In this document: one piece after another, positions 29,039 to 38,498 of the stretch
Layout of the letters: each line of letters begins with the position of its first letter
How positions within the stretch are numbered: position 1 is the first letter of the stretch
Virus record (IMG/VR): IMGVR_UViG_3300046167_000554
Coordinates: 32,001 to 96,000 of that record
Source of the DNA: a virus
Strand: one strand, 5' to 3'
DNA length: 64,000 nt
Notes under the pieces: model-generated
Seen by the model: only the letters and a program-made list of their open reading frames with translations
Databases searched by the model: none
Told to the model about the DNA's origin: nothing
Program-made: the position numbers and the translations under genes

Positions 29039-29631
29039 TGACTTCTAGAGAAGGATACGATGCTTACACATTATACCTTGGGATAAAGTTACACTTCTAT
29101 TCCAAGGATTATGATTTCGTTAAGTACAACGGAAAGGTAAAGTCAGATATCAATTCCTTCTTAAAACGTAAAGACAAATACCACTTTGGTAAATTGTTCC
29201 GAACATATAAACAAGAACTGCAAGACTTCTACATTGCAAACCTATCCTTTAAAGATTATTGGGCAGGTGACTTATTAGACAAAGAGTGTGATAAGAGATA
29301 TAAGGAATGGAAGAAGAGGAATCAGAAACTTGGATATATGTTTGAGACAGAAGTATCAGACTTAATGAGAAAGTATAAGATAGATACTCAACTTAAAGTG
29401 GTCAATGGTCAACACCCTCGTTTACTTAAATCATATATGAGTAAACAAACAAGTTTAGAAACCATCTGCATCATGGATGAGATAATAGGTTTCACTAAGG
29501 ATTGGGAAACACTTATAACAGAGAAGGTAGTGTATCCCGACTTACACATAAAGATTAACAAATACAAGTCGTTTATAACATACGACCAAAAGAAATACAA
29601 GAATAAATTGATAGAACTATGCTCTACTTAA
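29038..29631 (+). CDS. gp59: Helicase loader gp59
   Basis: Y..YL..K.HF...YDF.KY.GK...F.KRKD; SLET. Confidence 0.9.
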   Translation: MTSREGYDAYTLYLGIKLHFYSKDYDFVKYNGKVKSDINSFLKRKDKYHFGKLFRTYKQELQDFYIANLSFKDYWAGDLLDKECDKRYKEWKKRNQKLGYMFETEVSDLMRKYKIDTQLKVVNGQHPRLLKSYMSKQTSLETICIMDEIIGFTKDWETLITEKVVYPDLHIKINKYKSFITYDQKKYKNKLIELCST

Positions 29632-30356
29632 TAGGTAACGGCCCAAGTCGAAAAGACTTTGATTGGGATTCCTTTTTAGAGGAAGGACATGAATGGTGGG
29701 GATTCAATGGAATTTATCAACAACAGAAACCCGACTTATTGTTTGCACTTGATATACCAGTACAGAGACAAGTCATAGATGATATGTATCACTATGAGAA
29801 CAAAGTTGCAGTTGGAGACTTCGACCCGATACCTATGGAGATGTGGGACTTAATGACAAATGGGTTTGAATACAGTCACCAACCTCAGAACATATTTAAA
29901 GTTAGAAAAGACGGGGACGATTTATTTACGATACAGGGATTTGATGATGTGGTATCTTGTATTGGATATAGTAGTGTTCATAAAGATAACATAGTTATAT
30001 ATAATAATCCAAAACTTAAGAATTTATTTGGTGGAATGTCTGCATTAGGATATGCAGCCGAACATAAATATACGGATATATGTTTGATTGGGTTTGATGC
30101 ATTAGAACATGCAGACCCTACAAGTATATACAGTGGTGATTACTTAAATTACCAAGATGAGTATACAGAGGAGTCGAGAGTCTTCCATACTCAACAACAA
30201 CAGTTTCTTGCTCTGTTAAAAGAGTATGAAAACATTAATGTTTATTGGAAAAAACCCCTTGACGGGTTGGTGAAGGTAGACTATAATGTACTTAACTATG
30301 AAAATAGTGAAGAGTGGATACTTGGGGTGGGTCACCCATCTGAAGTATCTTTATAA
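29619..30356 (+). CDS. Maf/DUF115/sialyltransferase-fold putative glycosyltransferase
   Basis: LIGNGPSR, GFNGIY, PDLLFALD, G..A...A and I.LIGFD motifs. Confidence 0.5.
   Translation: MLYLIGNGPSRKDFDWDSFLEEGHEWWGFNGIYQQQKPDLLFALDIPVQRQVIDDMYHYENKVAVGDFDPIPMEMWDLMTNGFEYSHQPQNIFKVRKDGDDLFTIQGFDDVVSCIGYSSVHKDNIVIYNNPKLKNLFGGMSALGYAAEHKYTDICLIGFDALEHADPTSIYSGDYLNYQDEYTEESRVFHTQQQQFLALLKEYENINVYWKKPLDGLVKVDYNVLNYENSEEWILGVGHPSEVSL
30259..30287 (+). promoter_or_regulatory. Promoter for gene 32
   Basis: TTGACG-17 bp-TATAAT. Confidence 0.6.
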
Positions 30357-30402
30357 AATTGTAATAAAATGCGATATAATTGTAATAAAATAGGAGAATA
30401 CA

Positions 30403-31311
30403 ATGTCAAGTAGTTTAGATAAACTAAGAGCTGCAATGGAAACAGCTTCACCAACAGAAGGTGCAAAAAAATCCTACAATGACGATACTATGTGGAAACC
30501 CGAACTCGATAAGAGTGGTAATGGTTATGCAGTAGTTCGTTTCTTGCCTACTCCCGATGGAGAAGAGATGCCTTGGGTATCATACTTCGACCATGGATTC
30601 CAAGGGCCAGGTGGATGGTATATTGAGAAGTCTTTAACGACTCTTAATAAACAAGACCCTGTTAGTGAATATAATACCCAGTTGTGGAATACAGGTATTG
30701 AAGCAAATAAAGAGATTGCACGTAAACAGAAAAGACGTTTACATTATGTGTCCAATGTCTATGTTGTTTCAGACCCTAAAAATCCCGACAACGAAGGTAA
30801 AGTATTCAAATATAGATTTGGTAAAAAAATCTTTGAAGCACTCAAGGAAGCAATCTCACCAGCATTTGAAGATGAGAAAGCAATCAATCCTTTTGACTTA
30901 AGAGATGAAGGTGCAAACTTTCAAAATCAAAATCAGAAAAGGTCGATGGTTACTGGAACTACTGATAAATCAGAGTTTCGATTCAGCCTTGCACCATTAT
31001 TTACTGATGAAAATAAACTAAACGACATATATACAAGTGTCCATAGTTTAAGTGGTATTATTGCACCAAGTGAATTCAAATCCTACGAGGAACTCAAAGA
31101 GAAACTCGATAGAGTATTAGGTTTACAAGGTTCAGTAAGTAACTCTACAGCAGAGTCAGTTGCAGAAGATATGGAAGAAGTGCCATGGTCTAATGTAAAC
31201 ACTGAAACTGTTGCAGAAGAACCTGTAATCTCATCAGCAGAAGCAACCTCACCACAAGTAGAGGAAGATGATGCGATGGATTACTTTAAGAAGTTAGCTG
31301 CAGATAGCTAG
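30403..31311 (+). CDS. gp32: ssDNA-binding protein gp32 (local compensating indels at about 30915-30995)
   Basis: WKPELDKSGNGYAVVRFLP, HGFQGPGGWYIEKSLTT, KYRFGKKIF; acidic tail YFKKLA. Confidence 0.96.
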   Translation: MSSSLDKLRAAMETASPTEGAKKSYNDDTMWKPELDKSGNGYAVVRFLPTPDGEEMPWVSYFDHGFQGPGGWYIEKSLTTLNKQDPVSEYNTQLWNTGIEANKEIARKQKRRLHYVSNVYVVSDPKNPDNEGKVFKYRFGKKIFEALKEAISPAFEDEKAINPFDLRDEGANFQNQNQKRSMVTGTTDKSEFRFSLAPLFTDENKLNDIYTSVHSLSGIIAPSEFKSYEELKEKLDRVLGLQGSVSNSTAESVAEDMEEVPWSNVNTETVAEEPVISSAEATSPQVEEDDAMDYFKKLAADS

Positions 31312-31326
31312 TCTTCTTACAATGGG

Positions 31327-31510
31327 GTAGTCGTGTTTATTCAAAATGTGTCCTTGAAAATAAGACGACTACGAACTGAGGCCGTGGATTGGTTTAAATA
31401 TGTCATGTATTTAAATTGGGGGTATTCAGTAAGGGAAAGGTCAATAGCATATAGCGGATTGGTCGGTGAAGAACGGGTTGCTGTAAAGCGTGGGGTGACT
31501 TCACATTTTT
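31327..31510 (+). ncRNA. Candidate structured RNA leader upstream of rpsU
   Basis: Four consecutive stems in a GC-richer intergenic stretch, ending in a U-tract. Confidence 0.5.
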
Positions 31511-31522
31511 TAGGAAATAAAT

Positions 31523-31759
31523 ATGCCAAGTGTTAAACCAAGATTGAATCCGAAGAATAGAATGGAAGAACCATTCGATAGACTTCTTCGTAGATTCAAA
31601 AAAGAATGCGATAACGCAGGTATCGTACAAGAGGTTAGAGATAGAAAGTATCACGAGAAACCTAACGATACTAAGAATCAGAAGAACCAAGATTTAAAGA
31701 GAAAGAAAAAGTTAGACCTTAAGAGACGTAACAACGCAAACTACAGAAAGATAAGATAA
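31523..31759 (+). CDS. rpsU: Ribosomal protein bS21
   Basis: [12 protein letters not shown]....GI..EVR.R.Y.EKP. Confidence 0.9.
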   Translation: MPSVKPRLNPKNRMEEPFDRLLRRFKKECDNAGIVQEVRDRKYHEKPNDTKNQKNQDLKRKKKLDLKRRNNANYRKIR

Positions 31760-31956
31760 TGAGTAATTGGCATGGGGGGAAAGGTTCCAAGAGAAGGAAC
31801 TCAAACGAAGAAGCCTATGCTGATGGATGGGAACTTGCATTCGGAAAAAAGAAACCTGTAGTTAAGGTAAGAAAAGAAACACCAAGTCATGGTGCATCAC
31901 AAGTCCATTCGGACAAAACAAAATATAATAGGAAGAAGTCAGACCCAATACTATAA
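31759..31956 (+). CDS. Small basic phage protein
   Basis: WHGGKGSKRR...Y..GW...F; H.DKTKYNRK. Confidence 0.65.
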   Translation: MSNWHGGKGSKRRNSNEEAYADGWELAFGKKKPVVKVRKETPSHGASQVHSDKTKYNRKKSDPIL

Positions 31957-31959
31957 ATA
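31952..31959 (+). promoter_or_regulatory. T4-type late promoter
   Basis: TATAAATA 5 nt upstream of the gp2 ATG. Confidence 0.8.
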
Positions 31960-31964
31960 GTAGT

Positions 31965-32582
31965 ATGTCTCGACTCACCTTCAAAGAAATAGAATTACTT
32001 AAACCCGTAGAACTCCAAGAAAGACAGAAGGAGTCCTTAGACTGGTTTAAATCAAACCTCAAGACAATCAAGTCATATGCAAAACCCGATAAGGTTTTAA
32101 ACCAAGCTGGTGAAGACATCATACCTACAGAAATGATAGTAGGAGAGATGTACATGTTTATGTATGATGCAAAACACAAAGATACCCTTCCCTACTACGA
32201 CAGATTCCCTTTAATCTTTATGTTAGAGAGTTACAACAATGGATTCTTAGGACTTAACTTACACTATCTACACCCTAGATTTAGAGTAGGACTACTAGAG
32301 AACTTGTATGCATACTCTAATGATTTTGATGATGAGAGTGTTGCAGATGAGAACGTTAGACTAGGGTTAAGATATCAATCACTTGCAACTGCATCCAATC
32401 TAAGAGTTGCAAAACCATGTGTCAAACAATATCTATTTGAACACTTGGACTCTAAGATAGTTAAAGTGAATCCAAGTCAGTGGGACTTTGTTCCTTTATT
32501 ACCACTTTCTAAGTTTACAAGTGCAACAGGAAGTATAAATACTAACACAGTTTACAGGGAAACTAGAGAAAAAATCATATGA
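31965..32582 (+). CDS. gp2: DNA end protector gp2
   Basis: G.MY.F.YDAKHK..LPYYD.FPL; GF.GLNLHYL; KPC.K.YL. Confidence 0.92.
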   Translation: MSRLTFKEIELLKPVELQERQKESLDWFKSNLKTIKSYAKPDKVLNQAGEDIIPTEMIVGEMYMFMYDAKHKDTLPYYDRFPLIFMLESYNNGFLGLNLHYLHPRFRVGLLENLYAYSNDFDDESVADENVRLGLRYQSLATASNLRVAKPCVKQYLFEHLDSKIVKVNPSQWDFVPLLPLSKFTSATGSINTNTVYRETREKII

Positions 32583-33328
32583 GTATACTAGACAGATTGA
32601 TTGGTCTTAAATCGGGAGATGAAAATCTTCAGATAGATAAATTAAAGTACAACTTTGACACGGGTGCAAGAGGAAACTATTTCATGGTTAACATCTTTGG
32701 GGTGGGCCACAAGGTATTGCACTTGAAGGTTGGAGATGTGAAACTGTACAAATTCCTTCTAGAGAATTGGAGGGCAAGTCAGTGGTCTTCATACGGCCCT
32801 GTTAGGAACATTCCAAACAATATAACAATGGATGGTCAAAGAGTTCCTATGACATTTTTATGTGACCAACACTTTGCAGATAAGTTTATATTAGATGCAT
32901 GGCAGTCCTATATCTATACTGGAACTGGAACACATGAAGACCAAGGTAATTCATTGAGACCTACATTTAGATATCAACAAGACTATGTTGGTAGAGTAGA
33001 GATTATCTCTATGAGAAAGGATGGTGCAGATGCAATGAAGACAACACTTCATAATGCATACCCAATAACATTAGGTGCTATGACACATAACACTGGTGCA
33101 AGAGATGAGATAATGAAATTTGAAGTAACATTCTCATTTGAAACATTTGATACTGAGTATGTAAATGCACCTAAATTATCCTTACTAAATAAAGGTAGAA
33201 GAGTATTAGATGCACTTCTAGAAACTGATAAATTGCGTGGAAGGTTTGGAAATAAAGTCCGAAGTTTAGACGCGAGATTGAAAAAATACGATGATAGATT
33301 GACTAGAATTTCAAATATCTTCGGTTAA
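32579..33328 (+). CDS. gp54: Baseplate tail-tube initiator gp54 (short mid-gene stretch out of frame)
   Basis: AR.N.F.V, YGP.R..P, TF.CD, W...I, Y..DY, L..AYP and VTF motifs. Confidence 0.75.
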   Translation: MSILDRLIGLKSGDENLQIDKLKYNFDTGARGNYFMVNIFGVGHKVLHLKVGDVKLYKFLLENWRASQWSSYGPVRNIPNNITMDGQRVPMTFLCDQHFADKFILDAWQSYIYTGTGTHEDQGNSLRPTFRYQQDYVGRVEIISMRKDGADAMKTTLHNAYPITLGAMTHNTGARDEIMKFEVTFSFETFDTEYVNAPKLSLLNKGRRVLDALLETDKLRGRFGNKVRSLDARLKKYDDRLTRISNIFG

Positions 33329-33343
33329 AATATGGAGTAAATT

Positions 33344-34045
33344 ATGGCATTACCGATACAATCGGCACCTACATTTTTTTGTGAGTTGCCCAGTGATGGT
33401 ACTGAAGTAAAATTTAGACCCTTCCTAGTGAAGGAACAAAGGAATCTTCTCCTAACTAAAGAAGACCCAAATCAAAAAGAGATTACAGAAAACATTATAA
33501 CTTTGTTGACTGCATGTACTTTTGAAAAATTGGATATATCAAAGTTATCTACTTTTGATGTTGAATACTTATTTCTACAAGTTAGGTCAAAGTCTGTTGG
33601 AGAAACAGTTAAACTGAATTTACCTTGTCAGAAAGATGATACACATCCTAAAGTTGAACTACCTATTAACCTTGCAGATGTTTCTGTAGATAAGAGTAAT
33701 ATGATTGACAATACAGTAATGATTAATGATGAAATTGGAATTGTTCTGAAATACCCAACTCTTATGGAGTCTATGAATATTTCAGAAAACGATGAATCAC
33801 AACTCTTGGATGTTATGAAAAAATGCATTGTTAGGATTTTTGATAATGAAGAAGTACATGAAATGATGGAGACACCCGATAGTGAAATAGAATCATTTCT
33901 AGACGGAATGACTATTGGTCAACTAGAAAAGGTTGGTGCATTCTTTACAGGAGCTCCTAATCTTTCACACACTGTAACTTACAAATGTCCTGAATGTGAA
34001 ACAGAACAGTCAATGACTATTAGGGGTCTAGAGAATTTTTTTTAA
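33344..34045 (+). CDS. gp26: Baseplate hub subunit/chaperone gp26
   Basis: MALP....P, FRPFLVKE, FDVEYLFL..RSKSVGE, YPT, CPEC and GL.NFF motifs. Confidence 0.92.
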   Translation: MALPIQSAPTFFCELPSDGTEVKFRPFLVKEQRNLLLTKEDPNQKEITENIITLLTACTFEKLDISKLSTFDVEYLFLQVRSKSVGETVKLNLPCQKDDTHPKVELPINLADVSVDKSNMIDNTVMINDEIGIVLKYPTLMESMNISENDESQLLDVMKKCIVRIFDNEEVHEMMETPDSEIESFLDGMTIGQLEKVGAFFTGAPNLSHTVTYKCPECETEQSMTIRGLENFF

Positions 34046-34065
34046 TAGCTCTTTCTCATGATAGC

Positions 34066-34224
34066 ATGATTAATTACTATCAAACCAACTTTCAACTCAT
34101 GCAACACCATAAATACACATTGAGTGACTTAGACGGAATGATACCTTGGGAAAGAGAGATATATTCGACATTACTTATGAACTACTTGAAAGAGGAGAAA
34201 GACCGACTGAGTCAAAAGAAATAA
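34066..34224 (+). CDS. gp51: Baseplate hub assembly catalyst gp51-like (below the ORF track cutoff)
   Basis: YYQTNFQLMQHHKYTLSDLDGMIPWEREIY..LL. Confidence 0.88.
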   Translation: MINYYQTNFQLMQHHKYTLSDLDGMIPWEREIYSTLLMNYLKEEKDRLSQKK

Positions 34225-34248
34225 CTAACTAAATTAGAGGACACACTA

Positions 34249-34629
34249 ATGAGCGATATAGATAAATTCTCGGGAGACATGAGTCGTAACGAGGTTGAAA
34301 TAGACTTGAAGAAGTTCATGGCCATGGTATCAGAGATTGGCGAACTTAAACAAGAAATTTTTGAATTGACAAACGAAGACAGAAAGAATCCATGGCAGAA
34401 ATGGATTTTCGCTGCAAAAACAATTGATGCATGGAGAATTATACCAAGAGCATTCTTAGGTATATACATGTATCTTCTTTACTACGCAACATTTTGGTTC
34501 ATGGACTTAGCAGACCCAACACTAGAACAATCAGGTTTGATATCTGTATTAGTCGGTGCTGGTGCGGCATGGTTTGGACTATACACTTCAAGTGCAGCTA
34601 AAGAACATGGGGACACTAACCCTAACTAG
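34249..34629 (+). CDS. 2-TM membrane protein (possible holin-like)
   Basis: D.WRIIPR followed by two TM helices ending GAGAAWFGLY. Confidence 0.55.
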   Translation: MSDIDKFSGDMSRNEVEIDLKKFMAMVSEIGELKQEIFELTNEDRKNPWQKWIFAAKTIDAWRIIPRAFLGIYMYLLYYATFWFMDLADPTLEQSGLISVLVGAGAAWFGLYTSSAAKEHGDTNPN

Positions 34630-34639
34630 GATTTAACAG

Positions 34640-36607
34640 ATGGCAGACGACCCACAAATACAAGGATTAGCTAAGACAATTTCAAGATTGTTGCTTGTTA
34701 ATGAAGCACAATTTGATGAACAACGTGCAGAGTTAAAGGAAGCTAAGAAACAGACTACCCAATTAGAAAGAACTGCTAACAAGATAAGTCAATCTAATGA
34801 AAAACAAATAAAGGAATTAGAAAAGAAACTTAAAGATGCTGAGGCTGCCAAAGCAGAAACAGTTATGCAAAAAATCCAAAAAGCATTTGGATTAGGTGGA
34901 CTAGGTGTCGATGAAGCAATCACCAAAAGTGGTAATCGTATTAAGAAGGGTGAACTAGGATTTGAAGCTGCATTAAATGCTTACAATAAAAGGATTCAAG
35001 ATGCATCAGATGACAGTGCAAAGGCGTACTCAAAGGTGGGTGAAGATTTAGCAAAGTCTAACAAAGAAGTTGCAGAAGGTTTTAAAACTGCATTTAGTAA
35101 TGTTGGAGATGACTTTAGTGAACTTTTTGGAAGTGCAATGGGGAGTCAGTTAAAAGATGCTGGTAAGAAAGTAAAGGCACTTATTAACATCCCATTTAAA
35201 CTGGTAAAAGGGATATTCCCATCATTCAAAGTACTTGGTGGTGTACTAAAAAATACTGGTCTTAGACTTAAGAAATTTGGGATGGGTTTAAAAAACATGT
35301 TCACTGGTGGTATACTAGGAAAACTAAAAATAGCACTCTTTGTTGGTGCTGGTATTTTAGGTTTTATTGCTATTAGAAAATTCATTAAGAGTGGTTTTAT
35401 GGAAGGTATCAAACTTATGATACATGCATTTGTACAAGGTTTTGATAGATTAAGAATTGCATTCCTTGAAGCTTTTGGTAAACAAGGTAAAGCAGATGAA
35501 ATTAGAAAGAAGACTATTGCACGAGAAATAGACGAACAAAAAAGATTAGGAAATATTAGTGAAGATGCAACAGGCAAGGATTTATATACTCAAGCTCTAG
35601 CTAATAATGAAGTAAGAGACTATATGGGTAATGATGAGACCTTCAATATGAGCTCAGATTTTGTCGGTAAGGAAGCTGGTCTTTCTGAAGAGGCTGTAGG
35701 GGGTATCAGAACTAATGCATCCGAAGGTGCATTAGATATCTATGGGACATTAAAGGGAAGAGAGGCAGCTGTAGATTACGATAGTCGAGAAATGACTTTC
35801 ATCCAAAAGGCAGATTTTGCCACAGGATTACAAGAACAGTATAATGTTAAGATAGGTTACTTAAATGCAGAGGGTAAACCAACTACTGCAGAAGAACTAG
35901 CAGCTGATTTAAATATGAATCTTGCAGAAGTAGTTACATTTGTCCAAGCAAATGACGATTTAACGATGGGTGATAATAATAAAATTTATAAGAAGGGAGA
36001 CTTTTTAATTAAAAAACAAGAAGATGGTAACTTTGCATTCCAAGGGGAAGCAGGATTTTTAAACTCTATGTATGAGAACACTGCAAGTTTTTTTGGTTCA
36101 GATAGTGACCAAACAGAAAGAATACCAATTGTTGGAGCTCCCGATGTTAAATCAACTATAGATACACAATATAGTCTATTAGATGAAGAACAACAAGAAC
36201 AATTAAGAAACACTATATCTCCACAAGGTGTTTCAGATACTGCTAGGTATGAAAAACTAAGAAGAAATGACCCCGAGTTCCTTGAAGCAGTTAAGGAAGA
36301 ATATGGTATAAACGCACACTTCTTGAGGAAGGATGCTAATGTAGACCAATTTGGAATGGTTGGTGATGTTCCTGTTACAAAATTGTTAATGTTAAACGAA
36401 CAATATTTAAGGGAGATGAAACTCTATAGAACACAGTTAGATGATTTCATGTCTCAAGGACAAGTTAAAGATTATGGTAATAGTAATATTAATACCATCA
36501 TGAATCAAGGTGGAAACGTTACTAATATTAGTTCAGGCACCCCAACTGCACAAGATGTAAACAATTTTTTCATGCCAACTCATGATAATGGTGTACCTAA
36601 GTATTAA
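34640..36607 (+). CDS. Tape-measure/baseplate hub (gp29-like) protein
   Basis: Helical, Gly/Ala/Lys-rich with a hydrophobic segment; Asn-rich C-terminus; follows gp26/gp51. Confidence 0.6.
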   Translation: MADDPQIQGLAKTISRLLLVNEAQFDEQRAELKEAKKQTTQLERTANKISQSNEKQIKELEKKLKDAEAAKAETVMQKIQKAFGLGGLGVDEAITKSGNRIKKGELGFEAALNAYNKRIQDASDDSAKAYSKVGEDLAKSNKEVAEGFKTAFSNVGDDFSELFGSAMGSQLKDAGKKVKALINIPFKLVKGIFPSFKVLGGVLKNTGLRLKKFGMGLKNMFTGGILGKLKIALFVGAGILGFIAIRKFIKSGFMEGIKLMIHAFVQGFDRLRIAFLEAFGKQGKADEIRKKTIAREIDEQKRLGNISEDATGKDLYTQALANNEVRDYMGNDETFNMSSDFVGKEAGLSEEAVGGIRTNASEGALDIYGTLKGREAAVDYDSREMTFIQKADFATGLQEQYNVKIGYLNAEGKPTTAEELAADLNMNLAEVVTFVQANDDLTMGDNNKIYKKGDFLIKKQEDGNFAFQGEAGFLNSMYENTASFFGSDSDQTERIPIVGAPDVKSTIDTQYSLLDEEQQEQLRNTISPQGVSDTARYEKLRRNDPEFLEAVKEEYGINAHFLRKDANVDQFGMVGDVPVTKLLMLNEQYLREMKLYRTQLDDFMSQGQVKDYGNSNINTIMNQGGNVTNISSGTPTAQDVNNFFMPTHDNGVPKY

Positions 36608-37229
36608 ACTGATAATCTAGTACAGACTCTTCTGTAAACTCAATCTCTTTTATCGTCTTCATAACTCTTTCACTGTTTGTATACATGTCAGGTCTATCCT
36701 CTTGAACATGCATCTCAATCATGTTAGGTGTCTCAACTGCAAACAAATCATTCCCACTTTTAGAATACAACTCTAACCAAGTATCAAAGTCTATTGATTC
36801 ATTACGAAAGGTTGACACATCCCATAACACAAACTCTTGGTCTAACTTATTCAAGTGTATAAGTGCATGAACTCTATGGGTGCCTGGATGCACAATCCAC
36901 TTATCATCTTTCATGTAAGCTTGTGGAGTTGAGTACAACCCCTTAGTTCTAATCTCATTGATTAACCATATGAGTTTAGTTGCATGAAAGTTCTGATTGT
37001 ATTCATGAATATCCATCTTCTCTTTGAAGTTCTTTGCAACAACTGGTTCTAAGTCTTTGTGTTTCAGTAGATGTTTTGCATATGTGATATGTGCATCAGG
37101 TTTACGTTCCCATTTATTTTCAAGTGCTTCACCTAGTGTTACTAACTTAGGTCTAACATGAAACTCGTCAAAGATGACTCTGAGTTCATCTATATCCTTT
37201 TGAGTGTGTAAGTGTTTAATTATTTCCAT
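36597..37229 (-). CDS. Hypothetical protein with ParB-like motif
   Basis: IVHPGTHRVHAL. Confidence 0.5.
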   Translation of the reverse strand: MEIIKHLHTQKDIDELRVIFDEFHVRPKLVTLGEALENKWERKPDAHITYAKHLLKHKDLEPVVAKNFKEKMDIHEYNQNFHATKLIWLINEIRTKGLYSTPQAYMKDDKWIVHPGTHRVHALIHLNKLDQEFVLWDVSTFRNESIDFDTWLELYSKSGNDLFAVETPNMIEMHVQEDRPDMYTNSERVMKTIKEIEFTEESVLDYQFNT

Positions 37230-37956
37230 TTAAGTATTCCTCTACTAACTTTATATCTTTGGGGGAGTCTACTGATAGACCCACATCATCTACATGCACC
37301 ATCTGAACATCATAACCATTCTCTAAGTATCTCAACATCTCTACACTCTCAGATTTCTCTAAACTCTGCATAGGTAGTTCTCTGAATAGTTTAAGTCGTT
37401 CTTTAGAGAATGCATAGAGTCCTAGTTGTTGATAAACGTTTCCATTCTCATGTCGTGGAAAGGGTATACCGAGACGTGAGTAATACATTGCACAATGATA
37501 TGAATTGAACACTACCTTCACTATATCATTATCCATAACCTTGTAGGGTTCGGTAATCTTGACATATGCATTTACAGTTCCGATATTAGGATTGAAGTAT
37601 TCAATCATTCTATCAATTGCATCAGGGTCAATCAGGGGTTCGTCACCTTGGATGTTAACGTATATGTCTGCATCAAGTGTATCAAGTGTAAGTGCAATTC
37701 GGTCAGTCCCCGTTTCTACATCGTCATCTACCCTGATTACATTCAGGTCATTGTCATTACAGTAGTTCTCAATTCGGTCATCATCCGTAACCACGTAGAC
37801 TTCGTCTAGTTTCTTCGACAACGATGCTCGGTCATAGACACGTTGTATCATTGGTTGGCCACTAATCATTGCAAGGGGTTTACCCTCGAATCTAGTTGAA
37901 CCCCAACGGGAAGGTATTAGACCGACTGTATTGATTTTGCTCTGTTCCAACAACAT
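37216..37956 (-). CDS. kdsB: 3-deoxy-manno-octulosonate cytidylyltransferase (CMP-KDO synthetase)
   Basis: IPSRWGSTRFEGKPL, TGTDRI, VNIQGDEP, VKVV, YYSR..IP, LEK.E..E.LR.LENG and VDSP.D motifs. Confidence 0.92.
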   Translation of the reverse strand: MLLEQSKINTVGLIPSRWGSTRFEGKPLAMISGQPMIQRVYDRASLSKKLDEVYVVTDDDRIENYCNDNDLNVIRVDDDVETGTDRIALTLDTLDADIYVNIQGDEPLIDPDAIDRMIEYFNPNIGTVNAYVKITEPYKVMDNDIVKVVFNSYHCAMYYSRLGIPFPRHENGNVYQQLGLYAFSKERLKLFRELPMQSLEKSESVEMLRYLENGYDVQMVHVDDVGLSVDSPKDIKLVEEYLNGNN

Positions 37957-38498
37957 TCTATTTCACCATATCCATATTCTGCAAATATAAAGTCCACACC
38001 TGATGCATCTGCACATTCTTTGTCTACTATCATGTCACCAACATAGACTGCATCACATGGACTTGTATTACAATGTGCAAGAGTATATAGTAGTTGGTCA
38101 GGTGAGGGTTTACCTCTTAGACCTTCAGTGGGACAACAGATAAAATCAAACTCAACATCTAGTTTAGATAGAATGTCATGTGTTCTATCTTTATGTTTGG
38201 ATGTAACGACTGCAATCTTTTTACCTTGGGACTTAAGGTACTTTAAGTGTTGTTCCACACCATCATAGAACTTAATCAAGTCACTGTTTTCTTGAGAGTG
38301 GTAATTGTATTCCACCATTAGTTGGTCTTGGTCAGTAAGTATACCCATCTCAGTTAAGATATCTTTAAAGGGTTTACCGATAAGTTTAAAGTATTCCTCA
38401 AAGGGTCTACCAGTGTTAAGGGAGTTGAATGACTTCTCCATGTTCTCTTCTGAGTCAATCAAGACTCCATCTAAATCAAATACATATAATGTTTTCAT
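37917..38498 (-). CDS. HAD-family phosphatase
   Basis: FDLDGVLIDS, VVTSK, KPSPD, YVGDM..D and YGYG motifs. Confidence 0.88.
   Translation of the reverse strand: MKTLYVFDLDGVLIDSEENMEKSFNSLNTGRPFEEYFKLIGKPFKDILTEMGILTDQDQLMVEYNYHSQENSDLIKFYDGVEQHLKYLKSQGKKIAVVTSKHKDRTHDILSKLDVEFDFICCPTEGLRGKPSPDQLLYTLAHCNTSPCDAVYVGDMIVDKECADASGVDFIFAEYGYGEIECCWNRAKSIQSV

Noticed and set aside
31430-31490. Cobalamin riboswitch (AGGGAA...GGTGAA...GCTGTAA words)
   Set aside because: Spacing and stems do not fit the consensus and the B12 box is missing; retained only as an unknown structured RNA.
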